A DNA stretch of 64,000 nucleotides from Acidobacteriota bacterium (GTDB lineage Bacteria > Acidobacteriota > UBA890 > WLXD01). The notes below the pieces were generated by a model, which was not told the DNA's origin, searched no databases, and was given only the letters and a program-made list of their open reading frames with translations. Positions within the stretch are counted from its first letter, which is position 1; every line of letters begins with the position of its first letter. Below, piece by piece: positions 39,144-47,874 of this stretch. The stretch is from NCBI GenBank assembly GCA_965205505.1, contig CBDBHB010000006.1, positions 192,001 to 256,000 on the forward strand, in the 5' to 3' direction. Position numbers and translations under genes: made by a program.

Positions 39144-40340
39144 GATGTCTCCCGACTGCAAGACGAACTCCCCGGCATCCGCGCGGCCCTTCATGACGTC
39201 GCCGTAGCGATACGGAATACGCACCCTCTGATTCTCGATGGTGCGGAGGATCGTGGTGCCGTTCTGGTCGGCGAACTCCGTCGGGCCGCCCGCCATGGAG
39301 ATCGCCTGCAGCACGGTGATGTTGCGATCGAGCGTCACCGGGCCTGGCGTGCCGACGCGGCCGAGCACATAGACCACCAGGCTCTTGATATCGGTGACCG
39401 TGACCGTAACGGTCGGCACCTGAACGAAGTCGCGCAGCAAGGTGGTGATCTCGGCCTCGACCTCTGCCGCTGTCTTTCCGGCCACAGCTAGCTCGCCCAC
39501 GAGCGGCAGCGAGATGTAACCATCGGGCCGCACCGGTACCCGGCGACTGAGCTGCGCGTTGCGCCACACGAACACGTCGACCTGGTCGCCGGGGCCGAGC
39601 CGGTAGTCGCCGCTACCGAACGACCGAGTGTGAGGCTGCCGCTCACCGAGTGATGAGCCGAATCCAACAAGCCGGTCGGGCGCCGGGTAGGAGCTCAGAG
39701 AAGGCTGCGCCGGCGACGGCGCCAACGCATTTCTCTGCGACTGTCCATGGCCTTGCGGTAGCTGACTTTGACCCCAGGCGGATCCGTTCATCGACGCGTG
39801 GCGCGGAAGCTGACGATTCCGGCTGGTCGACACCTGCGGTGGACCCGCCATCGTGGGTGTATCAGCTGCGTCACCAGTGGAGTCCGAAAGGTACGCGCGT
39901 ACGCCGGCCAGCTCAGCTACATCGGTCGACCGAGGACGCTCCACAATCGTCTGCTTGGACGGAGCAAGCCACTGCCCATCTTGCAGCGGAAGCCATGCCA
40001 CACCATCCTCGTCAATCGACGTCGTCTCACCACCCGGGAACGCGCCTGCGGTGGTGGCGTGAGACTCGACGGCAATTGCAGTCGGACGCACCGGAATGCT
40101 CGTCACCCGAGGCGATGCGGGCATGTTGGTAATGACGACGCCATCCCCACCGGCTCGAGTCGGAAGTTGCGCGGGAGCATCCGCCACATGCACAGTGATC
40201 GAGCTGTGCGAAGGCATCACGACGCGAATCGGGATTCGGGGACGATCGTGCTGCTGCGCTACGGCTGCTCCCGGGGCCATGATCAGGCCAATGAGACTCA
40301 GCAGCACGGCAGTGCGTCCAGTTCGGTGTTCGACTCGCAT
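39129..40340 (-). CDS. polysaccharide export protein (Wza-like Poly_export + SLBB) with disordered N-region
   Basis: YRLGPGD...VRPDGYISLPLVGE, VYVLGRV..PG, LQSGDIIYVP; ATG 40340 with GGAG RBS and signal peptide. Confidence 0.88.
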   Translation of the reverse strand: MRVEHRTGRTAVLLSLIGLIMAPGAAVAQQHDRPRIPIRVVMPSHSSITVHVADAPAQLPTRAGGDGVVITNMPASPRVTSIPVRPTAIAVESHATTAGAFPGGETTSIDEDGVAWLPLQDGQWLAPSKQTIVERPRSTDVAELAGVRAYLSDSTGDAADTPTMAGPPQVSTSRNRQLPRHASMNGSAWGQSQLPQGHGQSQRNALAPSPAQPSLSSYPAPDRLVGFGSSLGERQPHTRSFGSGDYRLGPGDQVDVFVWRNAQLSRRVPVRPDGYISLPLVGELAVAGKTAAEVEAEITTLLRDFVQVPTVTVTVTDIKSLVVYVLGRVGTPGPVTLDRNITVLQAISMAGGPTEFADQNGTTILRTIENQRVRIPYRYGDVMKGRADAGEFVLQSGDIIYVP

Positions 40341-40408
40341 CAATGTCTCCGTGGACGCGCCTCTCGGCGTCGCCCCGTTAGGGCTCCGGTTCAAGCGAGC
40401 ATTCCATG

Positions 40409-40424
40409 TGCAATCGGCGTGCCA
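40409..40424 (-). promoter_or_regulatory. sigma54 (-24/-12) promoter
   Basis: Minus strand TGGCAC-GCCGA-TTGCA upstream of the export gene. Confidence 0.85.
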
Positions 40425-40559
40425 CCCCGAGCTTCGGTCCTGACCCTGAACAGAATGACGCGGCGTTGCGCGAGTAGCTTTGATCATTGGATTTTCAACG
40501 CACACCGGCACGCGCCCTCCGGAGGCATCGGGGCCTCGTAGGCGAACCGTCCCGTGGAA

Positions 40560-40597
40560 GGGAAAAAAGCTTCCGGGCGTTGGGAAAAAGACTTCCA
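40560..40597. promoter_or_regulatory. tandem putative bEBP binding sites (UAS)
   Basis: GGGAAA-AAAG-CTTCCG and GGGAAA-AAGA-CTTCCA, 22 bp apart. Confidence 0.65.
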
Positions 40598-40601
40598 TCG
40601 C

Positions 40602-41525
40602 TCACCGCGCGGGGTGCAGGGACGCCATGGCCCGGAGCTTTGCAGACAGCGCCTTGTAGCTGATACCGAGCAGCGCCGCGGCGCGGTGTCGGTCACCCGC
40701 CACGAATTCGAGCGTACGAATCAGCCAGGAACTCTCGGCGTCGCGAACCACCAAACGACGCACCTCCTTGAGTCGCACCGACTGGCCTCGATGCAGCGCC
40801 TCGAGAGCAGCCATCTTCGGCTTCCTTCCCCAGTCGCCGGCAGCGGCGCCGGTAAGCCGACGGACCTCTTGGCGAGCCGCCACGCGTGCATTACGCTGGC
40901 GCACAGCGGCGGCGGCGAAGGAATCGATGTCGCCGAGCGCTGCCGGCCAACGATACCCACGCAGGTAAGTGAGCGCCCGCTCGATTCCCCAGGGCAAATC
41001 GAGCCGCTGATCACGAGAGTGCAGCTCCAAGTAGTGATCGAGAATCCTTGGAAGGTCTGCGTCCCTGGTGTGCAGCGGCGGAAGATCCACGGCGATCAGT
41101 CGATCATGGAGCGGGCGCCGCATCGGCCACTCGTCAGAGTCCGAGCTGACGACCAGGAAGCGCGTAGCGCAGCGTGATCTGAGGTCGATGCGCTCCGCCA
41201 CCTCGATCTGCACCGATGGCGCTAGGCGACCGGGCTCGTCGAGCAGGAGCGATCCACCTGCGGCCCGTTCGCAGGCAGCTCGAAGCTCCGCCCGCTGGTT
41301 CTCGGGTCCGCATTCCGTCAGCCGAGCTCCGTCGACTTCGACCAGCGGGGCGTTGGCTCGTCCGCCCCGATGTAAGGTCAACGCTACCCAGCGTCGGCCC
41401 CCTCCCGGCGCGCCCCTGAAGAGCACGGCGACGGGAAGGCCGGTCAGACGGGCGATCGTAAGCGCCAGAACGGAGTCGGGCGGCGCGGGGTATGCAACTC
41501 GTGAGCCATCTATCGGGGAACCCAT
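40602..41525 (-). CDS. degenerate sigma54-activator-like protein (AAA+ remnant + Fis-type HTH)
   Basis: Walker A altered (GAPGGGRR), no GAFTGA, keeps GGSLLLDE, LPPL, Y.WP and HTH AAALLGISYKAL. Confidence 0.7.
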   Translation of the reverse strand: MGSPIDGSRVAYPAPPDSVLALTIARLTGLPVAVLFRGAPGGGRRWVALTLHRGGRANAPLVEVDGARLTECGPENQRAELRAACERAAGGSLLLDEPGRLAPSVQIEVAERIDLRSRCATRFLVVSSDSDEWPMRRPLHDRLIAVDLPPLHTRDADLPRILDHYLELHSRDQRLDLPWGIERALTYLRGYRWPAALGDIDSFAAAAVRQRNARVAARQEVRRLTGAAAGDWGRKPKMAALEALHRGQSVRLKEVRRLVVRDAESSWLIRTLEFVAGDRHRAAALLGISYKALSAKLRAMASLHPAR

Positions 41526-41538
41526 GTGACGGTTGTGG

Positions 41539-41554
41539 TGCAAGCGATATGCCA
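41539..41554 (-). promoter_or_regulatory. sigma54 (-24/-12) promoter
   Basis: Minus strand TGGCAT-ATCGC-TTGCA. Confidence 0.75.
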
Positions 41555-41671
41555 CGTTCGACGGCGAAGCTCGGGGCTCAGCAGCGCGCCGATGGCGCGG
41601 CCCACGTCGCCTCCTGGCGGCGCCTGTCCAACCTGGTCAGAGGACCGAATCCGACGATGGAGCGACTACAA

Positions 41672-41708
41672 GGGAAAGATTTTTCCCGGTATGGGAACGC
41701 CGCGTACC
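41672..41708. promoter_or_regulatory. putative bEBP binding sites (UAS)
   Basis: Perfect palindrome GGGAAA-GATT-TTTCCC plus weak GGGAAC-GCCG-CGTACC 21 bp away. Confidence 0.65.
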
Positions 41709-41767
41709 GTCCGAGCCAATCGGCACCGTGGCGCACGAGCTGGAACGGCTGGCAGTCGCGCTCGCGA

Positions 41768-43117
41768 TCAGGCAGCGGTAATGCCGCAATTGCGGATCTT
41801 GTACAGCAACGCCTTGTAGCTGATATGAAGGAGATTGGCAGCCTTACGCCGGTTCCACCGCGTCTGCTCGAGCGCCCGGCGGATCAGCTCGCCCTCGACC
41901 TCTAGTGCCGCCAACCGCGACACTTCTTTGAGCGGCGGGATAGCGCCGGCGGTTCCAATCAACGCGTCGACATCGAGCCGGCCCGCGTTGGGGTCACGGT
42001 GCGACCCCAACGATTCGATGCTACCTTCGACATCTTCGAGCACTACCATGCGCCGGATCACGTTCTGCAGCTCGCGAACGTTGCCCGGCCATTCGTGGCG
42101 CGACAACGCGTCCAGGGTCTGCCGGGAGAGCAACCCCAGACTCCGCTCGTACTCGCGCTCGTAGCGGCGTACGAAATGTTGCGCCAGCAGCGGGATCTCG
42201 TCGCGCCGTTGGCACAACGGCGGCACCTCTACGCGAATCACGTTGACACGATAGAACAGGTCCTTACGGAACGAGCCCTCGGAGATCTCGCGCTCCAGGT
42301 CGCGGTTCGTCGAGGTCACGACACGGGCATCGATCTTGATCTCGCCTCTGCCACCGAGTCGGTAGAAGCTGCCGTCCTGCAGTACCTGAAGCAGTTTCGC
42401 CTGCGTACCGCCAGCGATCTCACCGATCTCGTCGAGCAAGATCGTGCCGCCGTTGGCGAGCTCGAACTTCCCCGGCTTGTCTCGATCAGCGCCGGTAAAG
42501 GCACCGCGCTCGTAGCCGAAGAGCTCCGATTCCAGCAGCTGATCGGGCAACGCCGCGCAGTTCACCTTCACGAAGGGGCCGGTCGAACGGCCGGAGACTC
42601 CGTGCAAGTGGCGTGCGACGACCTCTTTGCCAACACCACTGTCGCCGGTGATCAGCACGGGGACGTGGGTATCGGCCACCTGTCGAACCAGTTCGCGTAT
42701 GGCGCGCATCGGCGCCGAGCCGACAACCAGCTCGTCGGTATCAACTCCTCGGGCCGACTCGAGCAGCATGACCAAGGCTCGATCGATTGCCTCGGAAGCC
42801 CCAACGCGGGTGATTCCTTTCACACAGGGGCGCTCCAGGAGCATGCGAATGTTTGCGTCTTCGAGCTCGTCGCTCAGCAACAGCACCGGAATTGATGGCC
42901 CTGCCGCCTGCAACGCATCGAGGGCTTCCGTCAGTGGTCCCTCGCGCTGCTCACCCAGCACGATTGCTTGCGGTCGAAAGCCGTTGCGTAGCACATCGAT
43001 CGCCTCGTCCCGGCTGGCCGCAGCGACGACACGGTAGCCGCTTCCGAGCAACGTCGCCCGCAGACGATCACCGCCGGCGCTGCGGTCGACGAACAAGATC
43101 TTCTTGGGGTCGGGCAT
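41768..43117 (-). CDS. sigma54-dependent transcriptional activator with atypical receiver domain
   Basis: GDSGVGKE, ESELFGYERGAFTGA, LLDEIGE, WPGNVREL, HTH LHISYKALLYK. Confidence 0.93.
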   Translation of the reverse strand: MPDPKKILFVDRSAGGDRLRATLLGSGYRVVAAASRDEAIDVLRNGFRPQAIVLGEQREGPLTEALDALQAAGPSIPVLLLSDELEDANIRMLLERPCVKGITRVGASEAIDRALVMLLESARGVDTDELVVGSAPMRAIRELVRQVADTHVPVLITGDSGVGKEVVARHLHGVSGRSTGPFVKVNCAALPDQLLESELFGYERGAFTGADRDKPGKFELANGGTILLDEIGEIAGGTQAKLLQVLQDGSFYRLGGRGEIKIDARVVTSTNRDLEREISEGSFRKDLFYRVNVIRVEVPPLCQRRDEIPLLAQHFVRRYEREYERSLGLLSRQTLDALSRHEWPGNVRELQNVIRRMVVLEDVEGSIESLGSHRDPNAGRLDVDALIGTAGAIPPLKEVSRLAALEVEGELIRRALEQTRWNRRKAANLLHISYKALLYKIRNCGITAA

Positions 43118-43291
43118 CACGCCAGTCTCCCGGTACAAGGCGGCCAAGGTCGGCCGGCCCGAGGTGCGGACCGGTCGGTCGCAACTCAACCTATGGGAAT
43201 TGGATTGCTCACAGCAATCCAGAATGTTTCCCACCCTCGACACGGCCGCGATCGAGCGGACAGGAGTTGCGTTTGCTGTGCAGGCGTGCGC

Positions 43292-44332
43292 TCAGGCTGC
43301 GCCAGCGCCGCCAAGCAAACGCTCGACCACGCTCTCCCAGGAATGTCGCCGCGCTACCCCGAGGCCGGCTTCGCCCAGCCCCGCGGCCACCTCCGGTCGA
43401 GTCACTCGCTGTAGCGCGATTGCCACGGCGGCGGGCTCGGGCTGCACCACGAAACCGGTCTCGCCGTCGACCACCAGCTCGGCCGGCCCCCCCGAATCGA
43501 CGCAGGTGATCACGGGCTTGGCGGCGCTGAACGCCTCTAGCGTTACCAGGCCGTAGTCCTCGGCTTGGGCCCCATACCAGACCGCGGAGCATCGAGCGTA
43601 TTCGTCGACCAACTCTGCCTCGCTGAGGCGACCCAGGAACTTCACCCGATCGCCTATCTGCAGCGCCTCCGCCAACCCGCGTAGGCGTGCCGCCTCCGGC
43701 CCCTCACCAGCGATCCGCACCGCCAGGGTCGGCGCCTCAGCGACCCCCCTCAGCAGCAGCGCGTTGCGCTTTAGCGGCTGGAGACGCGCGACCGACAACA
43801 CCACACCGTCATAGCCGTCGCAGCGGTACGGACGCTGCGGGGCCGGTGGATGGAGAACTTCCGACTCGGTACCACCCCATCGCTGGAGTCGACCCCGGAT
43901 GGTTTCGGACTGCGCGAAGACCTTTTGACTGTTACCGAGGAAACGCCGGTCCAAGCTGTGTAGGACTCGCCGCCGCAACCCCTCCACGATACGACCGCGC
44001 AGCCCCAGACTAGCGCGGAAGGAATCCCACAGGTCGTAATACTCACGCATTCGGTGGTTGAGCCACACTACGTGATGCGGATGACGTACAGCGTAGGAGG
44101 GGAAGCGCAGGCTGACCACTACATCGACAGGCTTGCCGTCGCCGGTCATGCCGACATCGGTCAGCCAGGTGGCCAGGTAGGCGGAAAGCTGGCGTCCGAA
44201 GCGGTTCTGCGGCGTAGTCAACACCTCGGCGGCGTGACCCAGCTCGCGCAACGCGCGGACGAGCGACCGAGCAATGACACGGTGGCCGCCCTCGACCAAC
44301 GGTACGTCGGAAGTAACTACGAGGGCTCGCAA
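43292..44332 (-). CDS. glycosyltransferase family 4
   Basis: VEGGHR, ARLQPLKR, EDYGLVTLEAF, DSGGPAELV. Confidence 0.9.
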   Translation of the reverse strand: MRALVVTSDVPLVEGGHRVIARSLVRALRELGHAAEVLTTPQNRFGRQLSAYLATWLTDVGMTGDGKPVDVVVSLRFPSYAVRHPHHVVWLNHRMREYYDLWDSFRASLGLRGRIVEGLRRRVLHSLDRRFLGNSQKVFAQSETIRGRLQRWGGTESEVLHPPAPQRPYRCDGYDGVVLSVARLQPLKRNALLLRGVAEAPTLAVRIAGEGPEAARLRGLAEALQIGDRVKFLGRLSEAELVDEYARCSAVWYGAQAEDYGLVTLEAFSAAKPVITCVDSGGPAELVVDGETGFVVQPEPAAVAIALQRVTRPEVAAGLGEAGLGVARRHSWESVVERLLGGAGAA

Positions 44333-44379
44333 AGCAGTGTCCTGAAGCTAGCAGAAGTGTGGCCGGCCTGGTGGCGGAC

Positions 44380-44566
44380 TAAGTGTTTGATTTCGTTGCG
44401 TACCGCTTCCGCGCCGAGGCGATTGTTGCAGAAAAACCACACCTGCGCGGGTCGAAATGATGCAAAAATGCCACATATCGGCCTGACGACACGATGGACT
44501 CTTGGCCGAAGTCGCTGAAACCAAAGGGGTTCGTCAGTTCATAGCCATCTCGGCACGGAACTTGCT
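44380..44566 (+). promoter_or_regulatory. sigma54 promoter of lpxC with putative UAS pair and IHF-like site
   Basis: CGGCAC-GGAAC-TTGCT (44551-44566); TG(T/A)TGCA..AA..CCACA at 44424 and 44458; TAAGTGTTTGATT (IHF consensus) at 44380. Confidence 0.7.
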
Positions 44567-44598
44567 TGTTCATAGGCGGGATCCAATCGAGAGCGCTG

Positions 44599-45507
44599 AT
44601 GACTCTGACCCAGAAAACGATTCGACGCGAAGTGAGTTGCGCTGGCATTGGCCTGCACTGCGGCAAGCGCGTCGAGATGCGGCTGCTTCCCGCAGCGCCG
44701 GACACCGGGATCCGCTTTCGTCGAGTCGATTTTGACTCGCACGAGATCCCCGCTTCGATCGAGAACCTGCACCAGACGAGCTTCGCTACTCAGTTGAGCC
44801 TCGGCGACGCCTCGATCAACACTGTCGAACACGTATTGGCAGCCGCTAGCGGGCTCGGCGTGGACAACCTTGTCGTCGAGGTAGCGGGTGAAGAGGTGCC
44901 CATCATGGACGGGTCGGCGGCGCCGTTCGTCTATCTGCTGCACGAGGCGGGCCTGCGGCGCCAGCAAGCGCCGCGCAAATTCATAAAGCTCGTAGAGCCG
45001 CTGCGCATTGACGAGGACGACAAATTCATCGCTATCTATCCGGCGGAGCGACTGAAGGTCTCATATACGATCGATTTCGACCATCCCCTTATCGGAGTGC
45101 AGCGCGAAACGTTCGTCATCACACCGCGTGCCTTCACCGAGCAGGTCGCGCCGGCCCGCACCTTCGGTTTCCTGAGGGACGTCGAATCTATGCGCAGCCT
45201 CGGCCTTGCGCTGGGCGGTTCGATCGAGAATGCCGTCGTGGTCGGCGAGAACTCGATCCTGAACCCGCAGCTGCGGTTCCCAGACGAGTTCGTGCGACAC
45301 AAGATTCTCGACGTGATCGGCGACCTCACTCTGCTGGGCCGGCCGTTGCTCGGCTATGTAGTAGCGTACCGCGCCGGACATAGTCTGCATGCCGCGCTAG
45401 TGAACAAGATCCGCACGACGCCCGAGGCATCACAGGTCGTTACCTGGGACGACATCGTTTACGGTCTCGCCGCCCGGAGACAGGTGTCGGCAACGTCCCC
45501 CGCTTAA
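44599..45507 (+). CDS. lpxC: UDP-3-O-acyl-N-acetylglucosamine deacetylase
   Basis: QKTI..GIGLH.G, TVEHVLAA, PIMDGSA, ARTFGF, HKILDVIGD, AGHSLH. Confidence 0.97.
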   Translation: MTLTQKTIRREVSCAGIGLHCGKRVEMRLLPAAPDTGIRFRRVDFDSHEIPASIENLHQTSFATQLSLGDASINTVEHVLAAASGLGVDNLVVEVAGEEVPIMDGSAAPFVYLLHEAGLRRQQAPRKFIKLVEPLRIDEDDKFIAIYPAERLKVSYTIDFDHPLIGVQRETFVITPRAFTEQVAPARTFGFLRDVESMRSLGLALGGSIENAVVVGENSILNPQLRFPDEFVRHKILDVIGDLTLLGRPLLGYVVAYRAGHSLHAALVNKIRTTPEASQVVTWDDIVYGLAARRQVSATSPA

Positions 45508-45626
45508 GCAGCGCGCTCGTCCCCAAAGTTGCACCACGGCCTGCTAGCATTGGCGGGTACGATTCTGCAGCGACCCTCTTGCCGTAGACGGGCAGGCCTG
45601 CGCGCCGCCCCAGGTCCCACGACGCG

Positions 45627-47864
45627 ATGATTCACAGCACGCCAGCCGATCAACAACGTCGAGCGCGGCATCGCAACCTGATTGTTATCGGGCTGGTGCT
45701 GTTGGTGGCGACGTTCATCGCCATCGAGATCGCCCTGCAGCAATCTACCGATAGCTGGTTACCGGTGTCCAACAAGGTGCTGCTTCATGCGATTACGATA
45801 ATCAACATCGTCCTCGTGCTGGTGCTGCTGTTCGTGCTGGGTCGAAATCTCATCAAGCTGTACGTCGACCGCCGGCACCGGAAGCTGGGTTCCAGGTTCC
45901 AGACCAAGCTCATGGCCACCTATGTGGGTCTGTCGCTGGTGCCCACCATCATCCTCTTCTTGGTAGGCAGCGACTTCATCCAGAAAAGCGTTGATCGCTG
46001 GTTTTCCAAGGACGTGACGTCGGTCCACGAGCGCGCTCGCGACCTCGTGCGCGAGGCCTCCGAGGTCCAGCAACTGCAATTACTCGGGCTCGGTGCTGCG
46101 CTAGCCGCGGAGATCACCGAGGGACGCCTGTTCCCGAACGAGGCCTGGCAGCTCTTGAGCCGCGAGATGAGTCGCAAGCTCGAGCTCGGATACCTCGACG
46201 TCGACGCCGTGGCCGTCTATCGAGACCATGAGCAGCCACATGCACCGGTGCTGCGAATCGACAGCTTCCTGCAGGGGCGTGAGTACCTGCTCGACATACC
46301 GAGCACCTCGATTCTGATGGGCATGTCGGGACAGCCATTCCGCCACGACATGGAGATCGAAGGCGGCAATCGCCTGATCCTCGCAGGTGTACCCATTTAC
46401 GCGCCGGCGGACCGTGAGGTCGACGGCGTGCTGGTGGTAGCACGAGTAATCGACGGGGCGCTGGCAGCCGAGCTTGCCGCGGTGCTCGACATCTACGCCG
46501 ACTACACGCAGGGCATCGAGGAGAAGGAGCCGATCACCAACGCCTATATCCTGACCTTCCTGCTCTTGAGCTTGCTGATCGTGTTCGGGGCAGTGTGGCT
46601 GGGGCTCTATCTGGCGAAGGGCGTTACCGGGCCCATCCGGAGTCTGTCGGAAGGTACCCGCGCGGTGGCGGCAGGGAACCTCGACTATCGGGTCCAGGTC
46701 GAGAGCAACGACGAGCTCGGCTCGCTGGTGGAGTCGTTCAACCGAATGACCGAGGATCTCTCGGTCGGCCAGCGCAACCTGGAGCAGTCCCGAACGGAGT
46801 TAGAGGGCAGCATCTCCGAGCTCGAGGAACGACGCAGCTACATGGAATCAGTACTGGCGAACATCGCCACCGGGGTAGCCTCGATGAACGCCGAGGGGCA
46901 CATTACGACATTCAACCGAGCTACCGCCGACATGCTGGGCATCGACGCGGGCGCGGCCATCGGCAAACCGTATGGAGAGGTCTTTGCCGGCGATAACTTC
47001 GCTGAGCTGCGAACGCTCATACAGCACGCGCGTCCGCGGTTGGCAGCGCTGGAAGAAGAGCTGACGGTAGAGGCCGCCGGCCAGCGGCTGACGCTCGCCG
47101 TGCACTGCTCGAGCCTGCGCGACAAATCGAGTGGGTATCTCGGCACCGTCGTGGTGCTCGATGACCTCACCGGGCGAATCCGCGCCCAAAAGGTCGCTGC
47201 CTGGCGCGAGGTGGCACGCCGGATCGCCCACGAAATCCGCAATCCGCTCACTCCGATCCAGCTCTCGGCGCAGCGTATCGCCCGTCGCTACAAGCGCGCC
47301 GTCGGAGCCGAGGACGAGTACGCCGTAATCGACGAAGGGACCCGCACGATTCTGCAGGAGGTCGCCACGCTGAAGTCGCTGGTGGAAGAATTCAGCCGCT
47401 TCGCACGCATGCCGTCGGCCAAGCCTGTTTCGTCCGACCTTCACCGGATCCTCGAGGACAGTCTACGCCCGTATCCCGAGCTCCATCCGGAGCTCGAGAT
47501 CAAACGGAATTTGACCGCCGACGTACCGCCGTTGCAGCTTGACCCAGACCAAATGCGACGGGCGTTCACCAACCTGTTCGATAACGCGGTCAAAGCAATG
47601 CAAGGCAACGGGCGACTGAGCGTCACCACCGTGTTCGACTCTGATCTCGAGGTAGTTCGGGTGGAAGTCGCCGACAACGGCCCCGGAATCCGCCCGGAAG
47701 ACAAGGACCGGCTGTTCATTCCGTACTTCTCCCGAGAACACGACGGAACCGGGTTGGGCTTGGCAATCGTGCGGCAGATCGTCTCGGATCACCGTGGATA
47801 CATACGGGTCGTCGACAACGTGCCTCACGGCACTACCTTTGTCGTTGAGTTGCCGACAAGCTGA
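45627..47864 (+). CDS. ntrY: NtrY-like HAMP-PAS sensor histidine kinase
   Basis: TM region with GSRFQTKL, HAMP, PAS, AWREVARRIAHEIRNPLTPIQLSAQR, NA, DNGPG, GTGLGL. Confidence 0.9.
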   Translation: MIHSTPADQQRRARHRNLIVIGLVLLVATFIAIEIALQQSTDSWLPVSNKVLLHAITIINIVLVLVLLFVLGRNLIKLYVDRRHRKLGSRFQTKLMATYVGLSLVPTIILFLVGSDFIQKSVDRWFSKDVTSVHERARDLVREASEVQQLQLLGLGAALAAEITEGRLFPNEAWQLLSREMSRKLELGYLDVDAVAVYRDHEQPHAPVLRIDSFLQGREYLLDIPSTSILMGMSGQPFRHDMEIEGGNRLILAGVPIYAPADREVDGVLVVARVIDGALAAELAAVLDIYADYTQGIEEKEPITNAYILTFLLLSLLIVFGAVWLGLYLAKGVTGPIRSLSEGTRAVAAGNLDYRVQVESNDELGSLVESFNRMTEDLSVGQRNLEQSRTELEGSISELEERRSYMESVLANIATGVASMNAEGHITTFNRATADMLGIDAGAAIGKPYGEVFAGDNFAELRTLIQHARPRLAALEEELTVEAAGQRLTLAVHCSSLRDKSSGYLGTVVVLDDLTGRIRAQKVAAWREVARRIAHEIRNPLTPIQLSAQRIARRYKRAVGAEDEYAVIDEGTRTILQEVATLKSLVEEFSRFARMPSAKPVSSDLHRILEDSLRPYPELHPELEIKRNLTADVPPLQLDPDQMRRAFTNLFDNAVKAMQGNGRLSVTTVFDSDLEVVRVEVADNGPGIRPEDKDRLFIPYFSREHDGTGLGLAIVRQIVSDHRGYIRVVDNVPHGTTFVVELPTS

Positions 47865-47874
47865 GCGCGCGACG

